From NCBI GenBank assembly GCA_032718475.1, contig JAUCBJ010005785.1:12912-76911 (forward strand): a stretch of 64,000 nt of DNA, in the 5' to 3' direction. Positions within the stretch are counted from its first letter, which is position 1. The number at the start of each line of letters is the position of its first letter. The stretch is from Nemertoderma westbladi. Its lineage: Eukaryota > Animalia > Xenacoelomorpha. Both the position numbers and the translations under genes were made by a program. Shown piece after piece: positions 22,090 through 34,000 of this stretch. The notes below the pieces were generated by a model. That model was not told the origin of the DNA. It was given only the letters and a program-made list of their open reading frames with translations, and ran no database searches.

Positions 22090-25000
22090 TATAGCCTAAC
22101 CTGTACACATATACTAATTTGTTTATTGTTTTGGTTAGATTCAGCCCTCCTGTAATCTGTGTTTTTGGTGAAAACCTGGTATTCTTCACATGGGGGTAAT
22201 TGCAAAGTGAAATATAACGGCAGAAAGTCTGGTATTCTTCACATGGGCCCCCTATCTGGGGTGGGTATGCAAAACATAAAGCATTGCATAACTTCAGAAC
22301 TGAGTACAGGAGTAAAATATGGCTGTATGTAATACACCCAGATACCTAAACTAATGGAAATAAAGTTTAATTTAATTATTAAAATAGCCCTAATATCAAC
22401 CCTCACATCAACTCTCACATCTAATAAAAGGCATTGTCCGGAATTATATACATGTCCGGTATTTTACCAGGTAGTCAAATTCCGGACAGTCAATTTATAA
22501 AATGAAAACCACCCAGTTACAACTAAACAGTTGAACTGAGTGGTAACAATTTGGTTTTATAGTGAACTACAATTGCATCTTGTACAGATGCAAACATAAT
22601 ATCAAGGATTAATGCAATTTAAAGTGTCCCAAATTAAAAAAAAATGAAATTTTGTCCGGAATTTGAATAGTCAACCCTATTGGGCTCTATCACAAATTGC
22701 GGACCCGTCTTTCTTTTTTTTCTGCTACCGGTAGCTGGGTAGATTGGTAGGCCTATACATCTGTACATACAGTCAGGAACACTGGTCACAATTTGTCCAA
22801 TTTACAGTCAGCAGTCCATCCATCAGTTCATCTGTCTGTCTGTCCATACTGCCATAGAAAACATTAGGCCTACTAAATTTAATTTGAAAACCGTTAGGCC
22901 TAGTGCAATTTTAACATTGGCATTCTAAAAATTATAGGGCAGTACAGCAGTAGGGTGTAGGGGGTAGGCGTACCATTACCAAAGGTAGAATCGTCATACT
23001 GTCATATAGGCATAATTCTGTATACTGTTATAGGCCCCTAAAATTATTTGAGAATTAGAATCTCATCGTTTGTCGTTAATAACTAGGCTAAGTAATTAAT
23101 AATACTGTAATAGGCCTAACTAATACTGTAATAACTGAATAAGATAAGCCTATTAAAACTATCATTAATATTACAAATAAAAAACGGTCACATTACAGCA
23201 TTTGGCATTACCGGTGCGGTGAGTGAGGTCTGGAGGTAGGCAGTAGGGCAGGGTCTATGTCCGAAAACGTGAATTACAGCCAAAATGTGTCCGGCTTCTG
23301 CTTTGAGGACTAGGGCCTATCCTAGTGGAGTTACAGCCAAAACGGCTCTTTCCGGTTTCAGGGGCACGTACTGACGTCAGGACGTACTATTTTACAACTG
23401 CAGTATTACTGGCAGCCTTTATTTATTGTACCGGTTCACCAGTATTGGTGTACGTACGTCTGTACGTACAGGCAGACATGTGTATAAACACAACTTTTTG
23501 TTGTTTTGTGTTGTTTTGTTGAATTGCAGAATTGCGGATGCCTTGCGATAATTAGAAGTATCATTTTTAGTATATTTGTCAATATCGCATCAAGGTGCTG
23601 GTGTTGACTTGTGCCGGACAGCCGGACTTCACATTTTCTGCAATATCTCAAAAACTATTCGCTTTATCCTCTATGCTTGTTTTGAAGGTGTCTACCTACG
23701 GTCTACACCAACTAAACCTCATTGCGGTTCTATTGAGCATAATATCAATGCAGTAGGAATACTAGAAATAAAATTGGGAATATGACTCACTTGCACCATG
23801 GTAGGGAACTGGCCATGTGCCTGTGGCAATATTTCCTGTCATCCCCAAATCAAAATTTTGGTATTTATATACCGGAAAATTTGAACTTGGAAAATTTTTT
23901 TTCATTAACAATTTTTTTTTCTGACTGTCCGACCATATGGTTCCCCTCAATTGGTAAAGTGATTGTTTATTGTTTTGGTTAGAAAACTCGCCTCTGTAAC
24001 CTGCTCCTTTCCCCTAATTGGTAAAGCAGTAAAAAGTGGCCGTTTATTGTTTTGGTGGTCTGGTCCTGGTGGTAGTGGTAGAGGGTAGACTGGAGAACTG
24101 CATCAACTGCAGAGTGCAGACATATCAAGCAGACAATCCACCACAAAGATTAAGCTACTACAGCTGTACAGTAATATGCGCACAACAGCACTAAAGGGTA
24201 CAGTAGTCTACCTACACTAACTAACTAAAGATCTAATGTCTAATCGAACCGTCTTTGAAGGTCTAGCAGTCACTGGTCACAAAGGACTATAAACAAACAA
24301 CGAAATGTGAGGTTTTTCCCCCATAGGCCTAACGGATTGCACTCTCGTGGCAGACTGTAATAAAACCCAATAAAACCTAATAATCTTTAAACTAGGTAGG
24401 TTTTTTATTAAACCCTAATAATAAAACTGAATAGGAACACCTAATTGCCATCCCTGGGCACGGTACCTATCTGCCTATTTATACGATAGCCCGGCTGCTT
24501 GACCGAAGGCAGAAATGTGCCTTGCCTGCTTGCTCAGTGATGCCTCTTCTCTCTGGCTCTTTTGATTTTGTGGTATATCAGGTTTAGTTTGGTTAGGTTA
24601 GTCACTGTGCACTGTTAGTTGGTCATGCCAGGCCTCAACCTTAATTACTGAATTACTGTCATGTAACCCTAACCGTAAGTCATAGGCATAATCTCTGAAA
24701 TGTAGAAGAATTTACCACATCCAGATTTCATTGCCATTTAAATTTCTGGGATTATGACTTGGTCTTGGGGTGCGTTACAGTAACAGGTTACCCGTACTTT
24801 CTGTTACGTAAAGTTTTAATTACGGGTTGAAGCCGCGAATCGACAATATCATGGACAGATCGAGCTTCATACAGTATAAAAATTCCTTAAAATGGAGACC
24901 CCCACCCCCCCCCCCCCCCCCCCCCAAACAAGAACGTCCCTTTTGATTATAAAAGTTCGCTACTGTAACCTGGACCTTTCCATCAATTATTATACAATCT

Positions 25001-26587
25001 AGTTTCGTTTACTGTTTAGGTTAGAAAATTACGAAATATAAATCTAGTTTCCTTATTCGTTTTATTGTTTTGGTTAGAAATTGGTTATTCTTATTACGTT
25101 TTTCTTATTAAAAGAAACATTGAGGTCTTCCTGGTTTCGTTTTGGACCGATGGGATGCCAATTTCATTAAAAACTCAAAGTGGTTTCATGTAAATTGTCC
25201 AAAAAATCAAAACACGGGTCCCGCAAATGTGCCATTTCACCAATCCAGAATTCTCAAAAGCAGGTCACCTTTTCATTTTGCGACATATGCGATAGGGTAA
25301 GGCTATAGGCTAGTCGATACCTGCATACATTTACAGTAGTCATTTTTAGTTATTTCTTAGGTGTTAACTCATTCAGGGTGTAAATGCGTCATCGTTGCAT
25401 CGTGGACTAGTCTATCTCAACAACCACAGGCAGAATTCCTGTATTGCGAAAAAGTGTCATTTTCAATATGATTGATTTTGATACCTTGTGGTTTTGGAAT
25501 CACTAGGCATAGCACGCAGATTAGGTAAAGTGTACACCGTACAGTTAGGGGAAAGGCGATAATTAAAAATATAGGCTCTATAATGTAATACTTTTGCATT
25601 TTGTGGACCATGGTTTGGTTAATCCAAATATATATTAGACAATATTTATTATTAGATTAGAGCATTGTGATCCTTTATCCTTACCCGGACAGAGACCCAA
25701 AAGTATATTTACCAAATGGTAGAATGAACTAGGGAAAGTGGAAGAATCCCTCAACTCTCCTCGTCCGTATGCCAATTTCATTATCCATCAATTTATTACA
25801 CAGGCTGATTTTCCCCGATTGTTGTGTACGGCATTGATCATTTCTTGGTATGTGCAGAACAAATTGTAAAATAAAACAAAAGTAGTGGAGTGCTTCGTTC
25901 GAGGAGGATGACTTTTCTCTATTTTGCCCTGAATATTATTGATAGCTTTACTTTATTTCGCCATCCAATTGGCATGGCACGACAATGTGCCCATGCAATG
26001 TGTCCATGCAGTGACGCCGCGCACTCGCACACTAGTCCATGACTTTCAATTAAGTGGTATCAGAATTATGTGGGAAAGGCACAAATATTATTTTCTACAA
26101 GCTCCCTTACTACACTAGAAGAAAGGCGGAGAGCTTTTAGCGTTTTAATTGTGTCTACTAAGGTTCCGTTATCTACTGTCGTTACGCTAGGAGCATAATG
26201 TAGGGCTTGGCCTTTAGGCGTTTCTAGTCAGTCCTTAATGCATTCCTTAAAAAAGTTCTAATAAGATGTGGCTCCGCACAATGGGGCCGTCTCTATAGTA
26301 ACGGTAGTTGCATTTAGTTACTGGAAATACAATGAAGGACTGTGTTGTATAAGGATGCCGTTACTTATTGTTAGAATACCTTTCACCCTTTTCTCCACTC
26401 GTTTCTGCACATTGGCCCCTATACCATGGGACGGTTGTGGGGACGCGGAGGTGTGTTCAATGGAGGTATGTTTTTGGGCCCCGCTCTCCAGGGCCAATCT
26501 TCCCAATTAATGTTTCCTGTAACAATGGTAAAGTCTCTATGTGTAAGATGGTGGCGTGCCTAGGTCACGGGATCTTAGGCGTAGATG

Positions 26588-26640
26588 CCATATGTGGGAA
26601 TATAGTATAAAGGCGCCAACTGCGATCTGTAGTCACATTC
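26588..26640 (+). promoter_or_regulatory. Tob core promoter (CArG-like, TATA, Inr)
   Basis: CCATATGTGG (26588), TATAAA (26606) and GTCACATT (26632), with TATA-to-A spacing of 29 nt; an AT-rich leader runs to the ATG at 26900. Confidence 0.6.
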
Positions 26641-26899
26641 TCTTATATTTGGTTAGGATATTAAATACGGTATTTATAGATACTCTAACAATAAATATAT
26701 CAAATAAATTAATTAATATATTTGAAATATACAGCTATAAATTACGGTAAATTTTATATTGAATTTTTACATATCGTAGTTTTTTTTATTTTAATAATAA
26801 ACACAAAAAATATAGAAAGAAGAAACTCCAATTGGCCTAACTGTGTAACTAATCGAACCTACAAACATTGTCGTTTCGGTGTATAAGGAAGTTAACATT

Positions 26900-28576
26900 A
26901 TGCAGATTGAGTTGCAATCGGCGTTAAATTTTTTGATGACCTATCTGTACGATAGGTTGCCCCGACGACGGATTTACCTATTCGCCGAGGAGTTGGAAAA
27001 AAATCTCGTCCAAAAATTCGAAGGCCACTGGTACCCGGATAAACCCAGTAAAGGTTCGGGGTACCGGTGCTTGAAGTTCGGTCTGACTAACCTCGACCCC
27101 GTGGTCATTGTGTCTGCTAAATCGTGCGGGGTGGACCTCCAGGACATCCGTTCGTTCATTCCGTTGGATCTGTGTATCTGGGTGGACCCGGGGGAGGTTA
27201 CCTATCGCGTGGGGGGCGACCGCGCTCCGCTCCAGCTCCTCTACTCGTACGACGGAACCGGCCCCTCCGTCGCCGTCGACCGATCCGACTCGCCCGGAAG
27301 TTGGTCCGCGAGTCCGGCTAAATCATCCTCGTCCAGCTCCTCCGCCGGTAGCATGGCCGACGGTCTGACCCCCTCCGAAGAGCTCCGCCCGTGCAGCCCT
27401 TCGAACCACCAGCTATTCACCCAGAAACCGGCCTCGCTAACCTTTAGTAGCGACGCTTTCATTGCGACTAAGTTCGGTTCCACTAAAGTCCGGAATTTCT
27501 CATCGGCACCCCAGTTTATGGCGACGCCTTGCGCCGCTCCGGTAGATGTCCATTCTCCGTTGACGAATCAACAACTTCTCTTCCCATTCCAGGATCGATC
27601 CAATCTTCCCCCCATCAACCAGAACCGCCCGACTTTCTTCCCTTCTTCCTCAGAGGATCTCGAAAATTTTCCCCCCAGGGAGCGAGACTTGCAGCCGATT
27701 CAGCCTCCCGTCTCCCGCGACTTTCCCCCTGCTCAGGCCCCAATCTCCCGGGACTTTCCCCCTGCTCAGGCCCCAATCTCCCGGGACTTTCCCCCTGCTC
27801 AGGCCCCTATCTCCCGGGACTTTCCCCCTGCTCAGGCCCCGGTCTGCTACTCACGGCCGGAAGCGGTTACCTTTTCAGCAGACGAATTCATATCCACGAA
27901 GTTCGGCTCCACCAAATCGCGAAAGAACGCGCGCCGGGCCGACACTTCGGCCATGTCGCAGGATGAGTTCCACGCCTATATGCGTCGTCACATCGCCCAG
28001 TTGCATAGCAACCGGCAACGCAGTATGTTGGCTGTGGCTGCGGCAAACTGCGCCGCCATGGGAGGTCTACCCGCTTACCAGTTCCCTTACTCAATGAACA
28101 AAGATATGGTTATGCAAGCTTTATTCGAGCAGATGTATCTCAATAACAAATCCAATGACGTCACAGAAGCTAATAGTATGACGTCATCGTATGGGGAATC
28201 TTGGCCATTGTCATCCTACGGAGATGGGTTCACTTACTCGTCGGAAGGGGGCGTGTTCGGTTCGTTGAAGAACGCTGGAGGCGGTACTAACTGCGGTTGG
28301 ATGGACGTGCCTGCGCCTTCCATGCCATTCGGATCCTCGCCGCACTCGTTCGGTTCCACGCAGCCGTCGTGGCTCGCGCCCCCTCTGGTCTCGCCGCCCC
28401 ACCGTGCGGCTCCAGCGGTGGCCCCCACCGGCCCGGTTGGTCTGCTGTCCGCTGGGGGCGCTACCGAAGCACCTGGCTACGGCGCCGGTCCCGGTCGTCT
28501 CACTCGTAACATCTTCGATTCGACGCAGTATGACACCCCGTTGCACCAGTCCATCGCCGCTGTCATCGCGAACTAA
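26900..28576 (+). CDS. TOB: Tob (BTG/Tob antiproliferative family, CAF1-binding)
   Basis: BTG domain MQIELQSALNFL...LPRRR...FEGHWYPDKPSKGSGYRCL...LCIWVDPGEVTYRVG, plus the Tob-specific TKFGSTK motif (present twice). Confidence 0.95.
   Translation: MQIELQSALNFLMTYLYDRLPRRRIYLFAEELEKNLVQKFEGHWYPDKPSKGSGYRCLKFGLTNLDPVVIVSAKSCGVDLQDIRSFIPLDLCIWVDPGEVTYRVGGDRAPLQLLYSYDGTGPSVAVDRSDSPGSWSASPAKSSSSSSSAGSMADGLTPSEELRPCSPSNHQLFTQKPASLTFSSDAFIATKFGSTKVRNFSSAPQFMATPCAAPVDVHSPLTNQQLLFPFQDRSNLPPINQNRPTFFPSSSEDLENFPPRERDLQPIQPPVSRDFPPAQAPISRDFPPAQAPISRDFPPAQAPISRDFPPAQAPVCYSRPEAVTFSADEFISTKFGSTKSRKNARRADTSAMSQDEFHAYMRRHIAQLHSNRQRSMLAVAAANCAAMGGLPAYQFPYSMNKDMVMQALFEQMYLNNKSNDVTEANSMTSSYGESWPLSSYGDGFTYSSEGGVFGSLKNAGGGTNCGWMDVPAPSMPFGSSPHSFGSTQPSWLAPPLVSPPHRAAPAVAPTGPVGLLSAGGATEAPGYGAGPGRLTRNIFDSTQYDTPLHQSIAAVIAN
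27710..27841 (+). repeat. 33-bp coding repeat x4 (SRDFPPAQAPI) in Tob
   Basis: TCTCCCGGGACTTTCCCCCTGCTCAGGCCCCAA in tandem. Confidence 0.9.
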
Positions 28577-30077
28577 ATCTAATTCGGTAATTTCGATTGA
28601 TCATCGTTTATTGTGGGAACTTTAATTTTTTAGCGATTGAAACGTGTTTCGGATTATTTTGCAATAATAATTACAGTAGAAATTATGTAAGCGGATTAAG
28701 GTTTATTATAATATACTTCGTAGCGCCTATAAACGGAATTTTATTTTTTATTTCGAGTTGTTTGTTGAGTCTTTGTGAGTGAGAGTCATAAAAAGTGAGA
28801 TATAATTTTGTATTTTTTACTTGCTATGTAATTATCATGATGTTTTTTTTACTACATCAGTAGTAGGTAAGGTACCATATGAGCAGACCTGTTTGTCTGT
28901 TGTGTTGCAGTTTTTTTATACAGTGTTTATTGTAGGTGCGTATTTTACAATTTGACGACAATATTAATACCGAGTGAGTGGCCAATGATGGCCTTGATGT
29001 TTTATTGCAATTGTTTAATTCCATGTTGCCTTGCAGTGCCGATCATATCTACAGTGTCAAACACAATATAATTAATTACTCTATTAATGTTTCCTTATTT
29101 ACTTGCTATATACTTTATATCACTGTTCCATTTTATATCTTTACAATTGGACTGTTGTGATTCGTATAATCTTTGTTTACATTACATACGTTCCTTTGTC
29201 TACTTCTATGCAATTTTATAGCTTTTATGTTATTATCTTTAGTTAAAAAAACGGTTTATACTGAAGTTTATCGTTTTCTTACAATCGAGAAATCCAAAAA
29301 AAAAACATTCAAAAATTTCGATTCTGTGTTTCGTGCCCATTCGAATTGTGTCAAGAATCCAATCCAAACATCAAATAATATATATAGCTAGGGATTAGTT
29401 ATAAATATACGAAATTTGTTTAATCCGCCGTCCCACAGATATAAATATAGCTGACCAGATATCTATGTGTCACTCTGCTAATGTTTAAGTTTAAGATTAG
29501 GTTCGTTCCCTGAGGTTCCATTACAATATTAATAATTACCAAGTCTAGTAAACCCATTTACTACAGTTTCATAAACCATATACCAACCATATCATCAATG
29601 TTATAAAAAAATTATAGTTATAATAGAGATCTATTCTACCATAACGTATTAAAAAATATCAAAAAGTTATCGTATCAAAAAGTATCAAAATCAAATCGTA
29701 TCAAAAAGTTGAACTTTTTTTACTATTCTCGGGGCATTTTATTATTATCAGTAAGAGATAATATTGAAAAGTGCCTTACTCAATGTTAAATAATTTAGTG
29801 TTCTCGAATAGTTTTAACGTAACTAAAGAACCACTTAACAACTAAAACCAATATTGGACATTGAGTTCCGTTTTGAAGTTCGCCTTGCAGATACTAAAGT
29901 TGCAATAACTTTTGAGTTTTGAGTGTGTGAATGGATTTTGCTCAAATTAAGTGCAAAGCTTTTCTACGTCGATGCTCTTTCAACACATGTAATATAATTT
30001 AAGAAATTCCACCAAAAATTTTTTAATTTACTTTTTCACCTGTGTAACACGCTGAGATAACTCACCACCAAATATGA

Positions 30078-30501
30078 CTCCCCAGTCTTCTCAGCCTAGG
30101 CTGAGAACACTCCCCAGTCTTCTCAGCCTAGGCTGAGAACACTCCCCAATTTTCTCCCTAGATTTCTTAATTAACGGAAAGGAGCAGGTTACAGTAGCGG
30201 GCTTTTCTAACCAAAATAATAAACGATAACTCAATAAGGATATAGGTTACAGTTTTATTTTTGCAATATACGAAAATAACACAGGTACGGATATGAAGTA
30301 CGAACAAATTATGAATGAGTCATCCTCAGCCTAAGGGGAGTGTTCTCAGCCTAGGATGATATATCTGGGGAGTGTACTCAGCCTAGGCTGAGACGACTGA
30401 GGAGTGTTCTCAGCCTATGCTGAGCTGACTGAGGTGTGTACTCAGCCTATGCTGAGACGACTGAGGAGTGTTCTCAGCCTATGCTGAGACGACTGAGGAG
30501 T
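30078..30501. mobile_element. MITE-like element with inverted arms built from ~32-bp palindromic tandem units
   Basis: CTCAGCCTAGGCTGAG-containing units at 30078-30148 and, inverted, at 30325-30501 flank a family-A core. Confidence 0.65.
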
Positions 30502-31024
30502 GAGGTACAGGCAGTTGTAGAATACGTGTCCCCTTTGAGAATAATATAAACTGGAACTGATACGGGGGGGGGGGGGGGGTTCTTGTACAGCTAAATAAAA
30601 TACATTATATGTGTTCATGTTCAATGCGGTGAGGTTGGCATCGTCACCCTTGGGAAGGTGGGAATACTACATTTAATATAATAATATAGAAATCTAAACT
30701 AAAGATAACTTATTTCGAAAAAATATCGTTAATTAAAGGCCACAGAAGGCTTGCTAGACCCATCGTAGGGCAAGGGTCTCGGTAATTCTATGAAAGAAAC
30801 TAAAGTGTTGATTATTGTTATCGAAGAGTCTCTGCTTAATTGATCTAAAACGCTTGATGAAATGGTCGGAATTCATTCATGCTACTTACAACGATAGTAC
30901 ACATACACAATGCTTTCATGCGTTTAGGCCACAGCGTATTTAAATTCTCCAATAAACGAATTAACTGCAGCATAAATAAATAAAATAGATTATTTCGACT
31001 AGTGATTCCCCTTATTGTTATTAG

Positions 31025-34000
31025 GATGTTTGAGAATGATGAGGGACTACAGCCTGCTGGTTATGCCTTCCTGCAAGAGTTCCTGAGCAACCAAAGTCAT
31101 CAACCACAACACTACGGCGATAATCTAGAAGGATGTGGGTTGGAAAACGAGACTGCAGTTAGAAAGGTGAGTCGTAACTCGTAAAAATTCTATAAATTCC
31201 GTTATTCTTCGTTTATTATCAATAATATACAGTAATGAACTGGACTATTTCTAGAAGCACATCAGTTAACTCTACAAAGCACCTTCAACCAACATAACCA
31301 ACCAGCATTGCACCATAATTAATTAACAAACTATTTAAATACGTAACGAATTAATACAGAACGTGTACAAATCAATTTAGACATCTAAAATAAATTGCAT
31401 TACACTAACTCATATCGAGAATCATATCGCATGGGAATATATCCTGTTAGAAGACAACCATTTCTATTTTACACTGACTTTTACACCACATAATATAGAA
31501 ATAAAGTAAGACATACGAAATAATTATATAAAATAAATATTATGGCCAATGAAATAAATAATCGTGCAATATAACATTTATCCGTCACAAACTATGGATT
31601 CTTCTTCGATTATAAAATGTAGGTAGAATATAGGCAGCAGTCTTGTGGAACCAAATCCGTAAATACGGTAGAACAATATAGGCCAGAACGATAAGGAACA
31701 TGATATTAATGCGAAACAATAACAGCTGTCTGTACTTGGACCATTCCCTTAGGTCGTCTACATAGAGGAATCTATTGCGGTAGTCAGCTGATAGTTCGAA
31801 CGGGGATGGTTTGGGGTACAGAGTCTCTAGTAGATCCTTAACAATAGCCTTGACAACATGGGCATCAGCATGGTTGTGGTCGATGTTATCGTTTAGGCAT
31901 ATAAACTTCTTCGGTCGTCTACGGATATCGTCCATCTGGTCAATGACCTTGGAGACGTTGCTACGGATCATTTTAAAGGCAACTTGTTCATCGTCTGTTG
32001 TTTCAAACTTATATTTATTGCGGTTAGTGTAAGAAGTGGATTCGTTTATCTTATTAAGGAGAGGTTCGCATGATTGGAAGACTGCTCTGGTCACCTGAGG
32101 AAGGATTGGGTTGTAGTAGGTCTCCTCGGGTCTATGTGGGTATTCCTCTGGGTTGGTTTTGGTGCAGTTCGATATGATGTACTCCATGTTGGTCAGACTC
32201 CCCATGGTTAGAGGGAATGGGTAAAGTCTAACGGCGAGGACTCTTAACTCCCTGTCGGAAAGTACACCGGAGTCATCAGTGTCGAGGTCTTCGAAAATTT
32301 GAGAGAAATTTAGTTTCACTTTCGCTTCCATTAGGTAGTAATAGTAGGAGAAAGCGAATTGCATATCTTCAGAGTGTCGCAGCTTATGGGAGGATGTCTT
32401 GTGGAATTCCTCGGGGAATGTTTCGTGAAGTTCCTCGACTATATCTCTGTTCGCGAAGTGCGGCATATGTGCGGGAACTGATCGGGCCGCGTGTCCGAAC
32501 GCTCGGTTGTACAACGAGTTCACGTAGAGCAAGGAATCACTGAAGCTATCCAGCAGTAACCGACCCCGCCCTCCACGAGTTCTGTACGACTCCTTAAGAG
32601 CATCGCGTTTATATTTTTCCTCCACCAACGAATCATAAGTTCCCAGTTTCTCCCAAGGCAAACTCCCATAGTTCTCTACTAATTTTGTCTTCGTTATTTT
32701 TTCAACGTAATTTTCACTTAATGATAAAATATCTCTGCTCAATTTACTTTCAGTTTTATAAGAATCGTTAATTAGTGATGTATTTAATGATTTACTTACA
32801 TGATGTGATATGTTTGTATTTAAATTTAATGCACTTAATGATAATGGTATGATAGTCTCACTGTTATTGTTTACATTGAAATTGGAAGTGATAATTGATT
32901 GATATGGTGATAATAATGTGTTAAGGTAACGCGTGTATCCCAAACGAGTTAATTCCTCGTTCGCGTATTTAGTTTGCAGCTGTTTGACGTGGCGGAGTAC
33001 CCCGTCGGGTAGACCCCGAGTGTCTAGGTAGTCTGGGAGACCCGAGGGAGCCCCACCCGCGTACAGCGAGCGGTTCACCTTGGGGCCCAGACTCCCGTCC
33101 GGGATGTCCGGGATACTGATGACGTCATCCGCGCCCATCTCCGTCTCCTTGGCGACCAGGAACTCCCCCCGCGAGGTATCGCAGACCACGGACCACCTCG
33201 TCGCCACGGTTACGTTCCCCGCGTCCGCCGTTACCAGGAAGTCAACCCGAGTGGAGCCGACGTTGGCGTAGAGAACGACTGTCATCGAACGGGAGGGAAT
33301 GTTGACTCCGACGACTCTCACTATATCCCCGTTGCTATCGTAACTCGCTGTTACTACGGTAGCGTTCGCGTCTATGACATCATTGAGATCGATGTAGAAG
33401 ACGCCCCAACCGAGAGGCGCCACTTCCGGTTTCGTGACGTCATTGATGGTGAGTTTGTTTATTAAGTGGAGCTGTGGACCGCAGTCGCCGGCGTCGTAAC
33501 CGCAGACCGGGCGGTTGCATGCGGGGTCGCAGTAGCGGTCCGCTACCCAGCCGTCGAAGCACCCGGGCGCGCACATTGAGTCCTCCGAGTGCGCGCCCGC
33601 GTAACCGCCGCGCCCAGGGCGCGCGCCCAGACAGTCGCCGCCGTCGTAGTCGCAACGCGAGCGGTTACAGACGGCATCGCAGTAGCCGTCGGCGAGCCAA
33701 GCCGCTGCGCAGCCCTCGGCGCAACTCGGGACCGGCCACGTCAGATACACGCGCTGCCCGCTGGAGGGCGCTAGGAAGTCGGACGGGCGGATCGGGGCCC
33801 CGAAGAAGACGTCGTCGTTGAGGTAGATGAAGTGGTTGGAGAGGCCGGGGATGCGGTGGAGGTTGGCCTCGATGGCGGGCGAGCTGAAGGTCGGGAGGTG
33901 GGAGCGGTTCGCGAAGATTTCCGCGTGAGTGACCAGGACGACCCGCGGGTGCTCCAGGTTCAACCAGTGCGGGATCTGGCCGTTGGTTACCACGTAGACG

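Larger units (their letters stand above)
19838..22679. mobile_element. TIR-bounded DNA element carrying nested LINE and MITE debris
   Basis: TAGGGTTAACTCTTCAAATTCCGGACAAA at 19838 against TTTGTCCGGAATTTGAATAGTCAACCCTA ending at 22679; subterminal AATTCCGGACA repeats near both ends. Confidence 0.6.
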
